Source of the DNA: a virus
Taxonomy: Duplodnaviria; Heunggongvirae; Uroviricota; Caudoviricetes
Length of the DNA: 54,512 nucleotides
IMG/VR virus record: IMGVR_UViG_2529293142_000033
Reading direction: 5' to 3' (one strand)
In this document: positions 18,308 to 25,379 of the stretch, piece after piece
How positions within the stretch are numbered: the stretch's first letter is position 1
Layout: each line of letters opens with the position of its first letter
Program-made: the position numbers and the translations under genes
Notes under the pieces: generated by a model
Told to the model about the DNA's origin: nothing
The model's database searches: none
Seen by the model: only the letters and a program-made list of their open reading frames with translations

Positions 18308-18802
18308 TTACCGCAGGGCTTTTTCAATTAACGGAAGTGCTGCCGGAATGTTCATTACCCCCTGAGTCAGTAATTGCAGGGTCAAATGTTTTATGGCGTC
18401 TGACGGAAGCTCTCGAAGTTTTGAAATCAGTCCCTTCTTCTGATCTTCAGGAATATTGGCAATCCGGATTATGTCCTCTATAGCAGTCAGGGTGCTGTGA
18501 TGAAATTTTATGGTCTGAACTTTCAGTATGGCGCTCAGACCACCATCATTTCGCAGAAAATCAATGCCATTGATTGTGATTGCTGGCATCCAGACATGGC
18601 TGTATCCGCATGAGTCAAGTCGTAATCCACTGGTTATAAGACCATGACCTTCCAGATATAAAAGATTAGCAATCGCTGTTTTGTTGTCAGGGAATACCGA
18701 TAACAGGCGCTTTAACTGCTCATTGTTTCTTATTTTGTCGGGGAATATGTCGTTGAGAGACGATAAGAACTCGAGTTGCGTTTGACGATCGAACTTGTCC
18801 AT
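18308..18802 (-). CDS. hypothetical protein, reverse-oriented orphan gene
   Basis: 164-aa ORF on minus strand inside a plus-strand late region; no family recognised. Confidence 0.5.
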   Translation of the reverse strand: MDKFDRQTQLEFLSSLNDIFPDKIRNNEQLKRLLSVFPDNKTAIANLLYLEGHGLITSGLRLDSCGYSHVWMPAITINGIDFLRNDGGLSAILKVQTIKFHHSTLTAIEDIIRIANIPEDQKKGLISKLRELPSDAIKHLTLQLLTQGVMNIPAALPLIEKALR

Positions 18803-18940
18803 GATGAGCGCTTGCTTTTGATAGTGTTAATTCATGAAGTTTAACTCCGCCAAAGTTATTTATTCAACCGCCCTTCAGGGCGGGCAGAAGCCTTCACATC
18901 GACACTGAGGTCGCCATCCGGCGGCCTTTTTTGTACCCGA

Positions 18941-19513
18941 ATGAAAACCTTCATCTGTACTGCCAGCGGTCCTTCGCTGTCTGCTGAGGACTGCCGGTTT
19001 ATTGCGGACTGCGGTCTGCCTGTCATCGCCGTTAACAGCACCTGGAAACGGGTTCCTTTTGCCACGCACGTGTTTGCCTGTGACTTCTCCTGGTGGAAGG
19101 CCTGCGTCCGTCACATCACCATTCCGGCTCAGCGCTGGACTGACAGCCGGGCTGCTCACAAGCGCTTCGGCATTAACTTCTTTCCTGAAGAGCGCGGCTC
19201 TCCGGTTAACTCCGGCAGACGGGCCATTGAGTTTGCGCTCTGGCTGGGCGCGGAGCGGGTGATTCTGCTGGGATATGACTGCTCCGTCTCACGCGGAACA
19301 CACTGGCACGGTGACCATCCGGAGGGGCTTAAGAACCCGACGGAGAACAGCACGCGTCTGTGGCGGAGCGAATTTGAAAAACACGCGCCCGTACTGAATG
19401 CACGGGCGGAAATCATCAACTGTTCGGTGGAAACAGCCCTGACCTGCTTTCCCCGGAGACGGCTCAGGGAGGTTCTTGATGCCACTGTCAAAAAGTCGCC
19501 CCGTGTATGTTAA
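18941..19513 (+). CDS. hypothetical protein (190 aa), translationally coupled to downstream glycosyltransferase-like gene
   Basis: ORF overlaps next gene by 38 nt; contains a GAERVILLGYDCS Rossmann-like strand; no confident family. Confidence 0.5.
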   Translation: MKTFICTASGPSLSAEDCRFIADCGLPVIAVNSTWKRVPFATHVFACDFSWWKACVRHITIPAQRWTDSRAAHKRFGINFFPEERGSPVNSGRRAIEFALWLGAERVILLGYDCSVSRGTHWHGDHPEGLKNPTENSTRLWRSEFEKHAPVLNARAEIINCSVETALTCFPRRRLREVLDATVKKSPRVC

Positions 19514-20411
19514 GGGAATGCACGGGATTGGCGACAACATTAACCAGCGAATGTTCATTGATGCGCTTTCGCGTGCCGGATACAGGGTGGAGCTACAGAC
19601 ACCCCTGCCGCAGCTTTACGCGGACCTGCCGGGGGTGACCTTCATTCCCTCGGAGACCACCCTGCGTACCCAGCAGAAAAATGAGCAGCGGGCCTACAGG
19701 AGCCTGCCGTACATCGCCCGCCCCTCAGCGGATGCACAGCGTATCCGCATCATGCATGACCGGCAGACGAAGGGGCGGGGGGAAAGCGTCGTTATGACAA
19801 TGACACGACAGTTCGGGATTGCGCCAGCTCCGGCGTCTCTTCCGTCGTTCAGGCGTTCATCACTGGTGGTGACCGACAAACCGGTGGCGGTGATTCGTCC
19901 GACAACGGTGCGTAATGAGTGGAAGACCACCTCCCGTGGACCGCTGAATGAGTACATCGACATGGCCTCGCGGATGCTCGCTGCGCGCGGCTATCACTGT
20001 GTGAGTGTGGCAGACCTTAACGAGTCTGATGCCTGCGAAAAGCGTCGCGAATGGATTGACGGCATGGTGCCGTTTGCGCATCAGCGATTTCATCACGGTG
20101 AGCTGTCACTTGAAGAGCTGCTGTCACTGACTGAGAGCGCGGCTGTGGTGGTCTGCGGGGACTGTCTGCTGCTGCACGCAGCGATAGCGTACGGTACCCC
20201 GCTGCTGGCCATTCTTGGTGGCATGGGCGGTGCCTGTCGTCCTGAGATTATTGCTGACCCGTCCCACTATGACCTGTCGAAGGTGTGCTTCATTAAGCCG
20301 GACAATTTCTGTCTGTGTCATGAGATGACGCACGACTGCGACAAGCACATCAGCGGAGTGGAAGGCAAAATCGCGGCGTTTCTGGATGGCCCCGTATTCA
20401 GGGGAGGCTGA
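19476..20411 (+). CDS. putative GT-B glycosyltransferase, family 9 (heptosyltransferase)-like
   Basis: N-terminal RPVYVKGMHGIGDNI and C-terminal VVVCGDCLLLHAAIAYGTPLLAILGG resemble the two signature segments of ADP-heptose:LPS heptosyltransferases (by eye). Confidence 0.5.
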   Translation: MMPLSKSRPVYVKGMHGIGDNINQRMFIDALSRAGYRVELQTPLPQLYADLPGVTFIPSETTLRTQQKNEQRAYRSLPYIARPSADAQRIRIMHDRQTKGRGESVVMTMTRQFGIAPAPASLPSFRRSSLVVTDKPVAVIRPTTVRNEWKTTSRGPLNEYIDMASRMLAARGYHCVSVADLNESDACEKRREWIDGMVPFAHQRFHHGELSLEELLSLTESAAVVVCGDCLLLHAAIAYGTPLLAILGGMGGACRPEIIADPSHYDLSKVCFIKPDNFCLCHEMTHDCDKHISGVEGKIAAFLDGPVFRGG

Positions 20412-20412
20412 T

Positions 20413-20733
20413 ATGCCTGACAAATCACCGGGATTCTGGATGTCCCTGCTGGCCTGGTTCCGGGCGGAGCCGGATGTGTCTGTTGCTGCTGCAACCGGGC
20501 TGATGGCCCTGCTGCGTTCCTGTCAGCAGGGAAAGTCACTGAGGGCGATGTTGCTGGACTCATGCATCTGCGCCTTTCTGGCGTTTTATCTGCGTGATGC
20601 GCTGGGGCTGTGCGGTGTGGACCAGGACTGGGCCATGATTCTGGGCGTGGTGCTGGGGTATCTGGGGACAGAGTTCATCCGCACCCTGCTGATTCGCTGG
20701 GCGGAGCGTCGCGCCGGGATTACCCGACACTGA
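20413..20733 (+). CDS. holin
   Basis: 106-aa protein with two to three TM segments and charged C-terminus, ggggagg RBS, directly upstream of endolysin. Confidence 0.7.
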   Translation: MPDKSPGFWMSLLAWFRAEPDVSVAAATGLMALLRSCQQGKSLRAMLLDSCICAFLAFYLRDALGLCGVDQDWAMILGVVLGYLGTEFIRTLLIRWAERRAGITRH

Positions 20734-20746
20734 AGGAGTTCTCATT

Positions 20747-21214
20747 ATGAACAAAAATGTGAAGGCCTTTCTGGATGCGCTGGCGTGGACAGAAGGCACC
20801 AGTACCAGCCGTTACACGAAAAATGACGGTTACGACATCATCGTTGACGGCATCGACTCGCCGCACACCTTCACGGACTACAGCACACATCCGGCTGTTC
20901 TGGTCACGGTTAACCGTCGCGGGCTGAAATCCACGGCGGCAGGGCGTTACCAGCTGCTGTCCCGTTACTGGCCGCATTACCGCGACCTGCTGAAACTGCC
21001 GGACTTCTCGCCGGCCTCACAGGATGCGGTGGCCGTGCAGATGATAAAGGAGCAGGGGGCATATGCGGATGTGGTGGCGGGGCGTACTGAGATTGCCGTG
21101 CAGAAGTGCCGGAACATCTGGGCCAGCCTGCCGGGGGCCGGATACGGTCAGCGTGAGGTGACGATGGCGATGTTCGTGGCGCAGTACCGGCGCTGTGGCG
21201 GGGTGACGGCATGA
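20747..21214 (+). CDS. endolysin, lambda R-like lytic transglycosylase
   Basis: KAFLDALAWTEGT..GRYQLLSRYW..FSPASQDAVAVQMIKEQGA..IWASLPGAGYGQ aligns closely with lambda R as recalled. Confidence 0.9.
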   Translation: MNKNVKAFLDALAWTEGTSTSRYTKNDGYDIIVDGIDSPHTFTDYSTHPAVLVTVNRRGLKSTAAGRYQLLSRYWPHYRDLLKLPDFSPASQDAVAVQMIKEQGAYADVVAGRTEIAVQKCRNIWASLPGAGYGQREVTMAMFVAQYRRCGGVTA

Positions 21215-21447
21215 GTGTGATACCGCAATGGCGTTACTGGTGGCGTTTCTACTCGACGCATGCCCTGCTTATCGCCTCTGCCGTGCCGCTGGCGATGAAT
21301 GAGGCGGAATCATATCTCGGGCAGTCGCTGCCGTTCTGGCTGAAGCTGCTGGTTGCCCTGGTCATTCTGGTCAGTGGTGTGACTGGTCGTCTGATTGTGC
21401 AGGTGAAGGAGGGGGAGAATGTGGACACTGCTCAGCGCACTGATTAG
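21211..21447 (+). CDS. small two-TM membrane protein in lysis cassette (antiholin/LysA-like?)
   Basis: 78-aa ORF with ATGA overlap to endolysin stop; two hydrophobic segments. Confidence 0.5.
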   Translation: MSVIPQWRYWWRFYSTHALLIASAVPLAMNEAESYLGQSLPFWLKLLVALVILVSGVTGRLIVQVKEGENVDTAQRTD

Positions 21448-21700
21448 TGCCATTGCCGCCTTCTTCGGTGCCAGAAAGGCTGATACCGCACAGAGCGAAA
21501 AACAGCTCATCAACCGCACGTCCCGTACCGGGGCTGACATCACCCGAAAAACACAGAGGAAAACAGAACGTGAAATTCGTGAAGCGACTGATATCAGCGC
21601 TGCTGATTCCGGGCGCGTGCGTGCTTCTGGCAGCGTGTCAGAACGCACCGGAATCATTAACGACGCAATCCGACGGGTTAACGACGAAGGCCACCGTTAA
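21419..21700 (+). CDS. i-spanin (Rz-like)
   Basis: N-terminal TM (WTLLSALISAIAAFF) then charged coiled-coil region; ggaggggga RBS. Confidence 0.65.
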   Translation: MWTLLSALISAIAAFFGARKADTAQSEKQLINRTSRTGADITRKTQRKTEREIREATDISAADSGRVRASGSVSERTGIINDAIRRVNDEGHR

Positions 21701-21914
21701 CTGTGGTGAGGACACGCCTTTCCACACGCTGCCGTCTTATCCGGAGTGCAGTGAATGTGACCAGACTGACGACCCTGCTGTTCTGCGCGATTACATCGCT
21801 GCTCAGCAGGCGTGGGCCGTTGATGTCATCGGCGTCCACACCTGGAACAGCATATTACGCGACAACACCGCCGGATGTCTCAGACAACTGCGGGACAACG
21901 GCATCATCAACTGA
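21570..21914 (+). CDS. o-spanin (Rz1-like lipoprotein), overlapped architecture
   Basis: GTG start with agagga RBS inside Rz gene in another frame; lipobox LLAAC; extends beyond Rz stop. Confidence 0.55.
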   Translation: MKFVKRLISALLIPGACVLLAACQNAPESLTTQSDGLTTKATVNCGEDTPFHTLPSYPECSECDQTDDPAVLRDYIAAQQAWAVDVIGVHTWNSILRDNTAGCLRQLRDNGIIN

Positions 21915-21936
21915 ACCTGAATCAGAGGAAAAAAAC

Positions 21937-22287
21937 ATGAGTGTGTCACTGAGTACCCTGACAACGATTGTCTCCGGCGTGTCAGCGATAGCGTCGGGGG
22001 TGGTCAGTGTTTACGAAAACGGCGCGAAGCTGCTGGACATCATGAAGTCCGCCATTGTGAAGGTGGAAGAGGCTTACGAAGCGCTGAAGGCGTCAGGGGC
22101 CACCAAAAAGGCGCTGGTGCTTGCCACCCTGAAAGCGGCGGCAGAGTCGCTGGGGGAGGAATGGGACAACATCTGCGCCTATTTCTCGGCGCTGATTGAC
22201 TCGGTGGTGGACCTGTACAACACGGCGGTGGCGGCAATATCCGGTACGACGTATGAAGACGCCACCGGCGAAGAGGTTACCGCCTGA
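21937..22287 (+). CDS. hypothetical protein (116 aa) after lysis genes
   Basis: ATG 21937 with gaggaaaaaa RBS; followed by terminator. Confidence 0.5.
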   Translation: MSVSLSTLTTIVSGVSAIASGVVSVYENGAKLLDIMKSAIVKVEEAYEALKASGATKKALVLATLKAAAESLGEEWDNICAYFSALIDSVVDLYNTAVAAISGTTYEDATGEEVTA

Positions 22288-22290
22288 TAA

Positions 22291-22320
22291 CGCCCTTTCA
22301 TCCTGAAGGGGCTTTTTTTA
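22291..22320 (+). terminator. rho-independent terminator
   Basis: ccctt..aaggg hairpin plus T7. Confidence 0.55.
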
Positions 22321-22332
22321 CGAGGAGAAAAA

Positions 22333-22764
22333 ATGCCAAAAATCACATTAACGGTTGAAGACACCATCCGTATTGTACTGAACAACGATGATGTGCTTTC
22401 TCTGGTGAAGCAGAAATATCTGGAATCCACGCCGCCGGAATTTGACCTGAGCGAACTGGAGGCGCTGGTCAGTGACACGTCAGATGATGACGAACCAGAG
22501 GCTGACGAATCAGAGACTGATACGGACAGTCTGGCACTGTCTGAAACGACGGTCAGCGGAAAGGCGGGCGACACACTCACCGTTCAGGTCACCGCCGCAG
22601 GCGACAGCGACGTGCAGGTGAATACCTCAGACCTGAGCGTTGCGACAGCAGAATATGCGGACGGCGTGCTTACCATCACTCTGGTGGCAGAAGGCACGGC
22701 AACCATCGCGCTGACGAAAGGTGAGTCCTCTGCGGAGGTGGCAGTCACCGTGACGGCAGACTGA
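22333..22764 (+). CDS. acidic protein with probable bacterial Ig-like (Big_2-type) domain
   Basis: 143 aa; C-terminal 70 aa (TVSGKAGDTLTVQVTAAGDSDVQVNTSDLSVATAEYADGVLTITLVAEGTATIALT) looks like an Ig-like beta-sandwich. Confidence 0.55.
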   Translation: MPKITLTVEDTIRIVLNNDDVLSLVKQKYLESTPPEFDLSELEALVSDTSDDDEPEADESETDTDSLALSETTVSGKAGDTLTVQVTAAGDSDVQVNTSDLSVATAEYADGVLTITLVAEGTATIALTKGESSAEVAVTVTAD

Positions 22765-22773
22765 TAAAACAAA

Positions 22774-22806
22774 ACCCCGGCTGCGGGAACAGTCCGGGGT
22801 TTTTAG
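22774..22806 (+). terminator. rho-independent terminator
   Basis: ccccggctgcgggaacagtccgggg hairpin plus T-run. Confidence 0.7.
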
Positions 22807-22837
22807 TTTTCTGACCTTGGGTAAGGCAAGGGAGAAC

Positions 22838-23020
22838 ATGAGGAAGTATAAACGAATTCTGTTGAGGTTGACTATGAAAAACGGCCTTGAATTGAAAGCG
22901 CCTGTAACTGATGACATCAGCAGAGCGGTGGCTTTTGCCATTAAGTGGGTGGCGGTTGGCATAGCCGTGTCTCCGATGCTGTATGGGCTGGCAAAATTGA
23001 TTGTTGCTCTGAAATCGTGA
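22838..23020 (+). CDS. small membrane protein (60 aa)
   Basis: ATG 22838 after gggagaac RBS; one TM segment (VAFAIKWVAVGIAVSPMLYGLAKLIVAL). Confidence 0.45.
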   Translation: MRKYKRILLRLTMKNGLELKAPVTDDISRAVAFAIKWVAVGIAVSPMLYGLAKLIVALKS

Positions 23021-23378
23021 GTGGGGATGGGTGTTATGAGGAGCATGGCAACTGATGATAAAAGCAGAAACCACTCCGCAGGGTGAGACGGAGGGGTATC
23101 CGTCGGCGGTGACTGTCACGGGTAATACCCGTCTGGTTCAGACAGACACATCGGGGCGTACCTGGCGTGTCATGGGAGAAGACGGTACCAGTTTATAGCG
23201 GGGCGTGACATCGTCGCCGTGCCCCTGCATTAACGATGAACGCCGTGGTAGCGGGCGGGAGTGTGCAGGGGTAATCAGAAACGATGCAACACCAGGTGAG
23301 ATACAACCTTTCCGACCGGCTTTCCGGTGCCGGGGTGGGCGAAACCGGAATCTGTTTAACTCCTGATGGTGCGAAGCT

Positions 23379-23822
23379 ATGAATAACAAAGAAAACGTGA
23401 AATTTACCAGTGAGTTAATTTGCGGTGCAATGACTCATCAGATAGCAGGCATCACTGATCGCGTGAGAAGCCGGGCATTCTGGGAATGTCTCCTTCGTGA
23501 AGCGCCGGAAGAATTACTGCCTCTCCTGATTTCCCGGGCAATTATTCGCGGACGGGTATTTATGGCCGCCGGTGATATCCGGTTTCCTGTTGAACCTGAA
23601 CCGAAGGCAGACATGTTTGCTGATTTCAGGGAAGAGCTGGAAAAAGCAGAGAAGCGCGAACTGATGTGTATTGCCCTGAAGAGCCAGTTATCAGGAGAGG
23701 TGGATGAAGTCCGTATCACTGAGTTCTGGAAAGCATTCCTGAGACTGTCGTCCCGTGAGTTGCTGGCAGAGGTGCTGACTGAAGTGATTCATGAATGCAG
23801 CAAAAAGGTGAGATGTGGCTGA
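23379..23822 (+). CDS. hypothetical protein
   Basis: 147-aa ORF upstream of cos region. Confidence 0.5.
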   Translation: MNNKENVKFTSELICGAMTHQIAGITDRVRSRAFWECLLREAPEELLPLLISRAIIRGRVFMAAGDIRFPVEPEPKADMFADFREELEKAEKRELMCIALKSQLSGEVDEVRITEFWKAFLRLSSRELLAEVLTEVIHECSKKVRCG

Positions 23823-24480
23823 CCTTAACGACCTTCACAGACAGCTTCAGGGGATGCAGAAGCAGGTGCGTTTTGCCACTGCGCGCGCCATCACCTCAAC
23901 CGTGAGGAAAATTGAAGCGGCAGAGAAGGAAAACCTTCGCCGGAAGCTGGATAACCCGACGCCGTTCACTGTGAACTCGGTGCGCTCAAAAGGGGCCACA
24001 CGGGACAATCTGACCGGGCGGGTGTTCATCATGGATACCGCCGTGCCTTACCTTGAACCCTTTGAGGTGGGCGGGCTGCATTATCTCGGTGAGGGGCAGA
24101 AAGCTGTACTGAACCCGAAAAATATCCGGCTGAACAAATACGGCAACCTGCCAAAGGCAAAACTGCAACAGCTGAAGGCCAGACCGGATGTTTTCATCGG
24201 TAAGGTGATGAACAACGATGGTGAGGCCGTTGGTGGCGTCTGGCAGCGTAAGAAAGCGAAAAAAGTGGCAAAAACCAGGAAGCGGAGAAAACGCTCCCCC
24301 AATGGCACACGCGCTCCCCGCAAAAAAAACCGTCCACCAAAGCTGTTGATACGTTTTGGTGATGCACTGCCGGTCACGCCGGTACTGGGTTATCAGGAAC
24401 TGGCCCATGACATGGCATCGCGTCTCATGAAGACGGAGCTGAATGTGGCGCTTGAACAGGCTTTAAAGACGGCGAAGTGA
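23815..24480 (+). CDS. hypothetical protein with highly basic Lys/Arg-rich segment
   Basis: 221-aa ORF (GTG start); segment RKKAKKVAKTRKRRKRSPNGTRAPRKKNRPPK. Confidence 0.5.
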   Translation: MADLNDLHRQLQGMQKQVRFATARAITSTVRKIEAAEKENLRRKLDNPTPFTVNSVRSKGATRDNLTGRVFIMDTAVPYLEPFEVGGLHYLGEGQKAVLNPKNIRLNKYGNLPKAKLQQLKARPDVFIGKVMNNDGEAVGGVWQRKKAKKVAKTRKRRKRSPNGTRAPRKKNRPPKLLIRFGDALPVTPVLGYQELAHDMASRLMKTELNVALEQALKTAK

Positions 24481-24582
24481 TGCAGACAGTACAGCAGGTG
24501 GGTAACGGGTCCTTCCTGAGCGGGTTATTGCACGGGCATTGCGCGAGCGCGGTGTTTCGCCAGCTATAAATTTTCAATTTTG

Positions 24583-24765
24583 CGTCCCAATGTCCCATTG
24601 TTAATTTTTGTTTCATTCCTTGCTGTGTCTGGCTTAAGTGGTGTTTTGACCTGGGTTTTGTGTCCCAAAAAATGGGACATTTTGATGTCCCAATGTCCCA
24701 ATGTCCCAATGTCCCAATGTCCCATTTCATGTCCCATCAATGGGACATTCGTTTTCGATGTCCCG
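24583..24765. repeat. cos-region repeat cluster (candidate small-terminase binding sites)
   Basis: at least ten direct and inverted copies of the octamer ATGTCCCA / TGGGACAT, including four tandem copies at 24686-24717, immediately upstream of the small terminase start. Confidence 0.6.
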
Positions 24766-24783
24766 GTTTTCGGAGGTGATTCA

Positions 24784-25379
24784 GTGAGCTTAATGACAGT
24801 CGGGCAGTACGCCGAACATGCCGGGGTGAACCGGAAAACAATTTCACGATGGATCAAGGCCGGTACGTTTGTTGTCATGGACGGAAAAAAAATTGACGTG
24901 GAGGCGACAGATAAAAATCTGAAGCGTTTTCGTGACAGCGCCGATCCGCGTGCGGCAAACGGAAAAAAAACAGAGTCGCCAGAAAAGCTAGGGAATCGCA
25001 GTCCGGCACGGTGGAAGGGTTCGAGCAACGGGCAAGAGATGTGTTTGATTCGCTCACCTCCGGGGATGTTGTTATCCGTCCACTGGAAGAGTCCCGCGCA
25101 ATGAAAGAACACTTTTTTGCGGAGATGGCGCGTCTGGAATATGAGGATAAGGACGGAAAGCTGTTTCCGCTGAAACTCGTTACGGAACAGGTCGCTGCTG
25201 AATACACGCGAGTGAGGACGCGCCTTGTTGCCCTTGCGCCTGAGCATGGTCCCCGTCTGCGGGCGCTGGCGGGAATGACGGACGATCAGGGCTTCACGGC
25301 AGCGCTGCAGGAGTTGGTATACGAGGCACTGGATGAACTTGCATTTGAGAAAAGGGAAATCGAAGAAGACCCTTCTTAA
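24784..25379 (+). CDS. terminase small subunit (Nu1-like), with apparent -1 frameshift at A8 tract 24962-24969
   Basis: GTG start after ggagg; N-terminal HTH GQYAEHAGVNRKTISRWIKAG in one frame; protein-like C-terminal 120 aa continues in the -1 frame (ORF 25011-25379); one extra A restores a single ~198-aa ORF. Confidence 0.7.

Noticed and set aside
24583-24765. Possible CRISPR array (short direct repeats)
   Set aside because: Repeat unit is only 8 bp, copies are mixed direct and inverted without unique spacers of regular length, and the position is the cos/terminase site.
24580-24783. 5' part of ORF 24580-25104 and antisense ORF 24564-25451
   Set aside because: They run across the octamer repeat array; the translation is the repeat read as protein (MSQCPNVPMSQCP); the real small terminase starts at GTG 24784.
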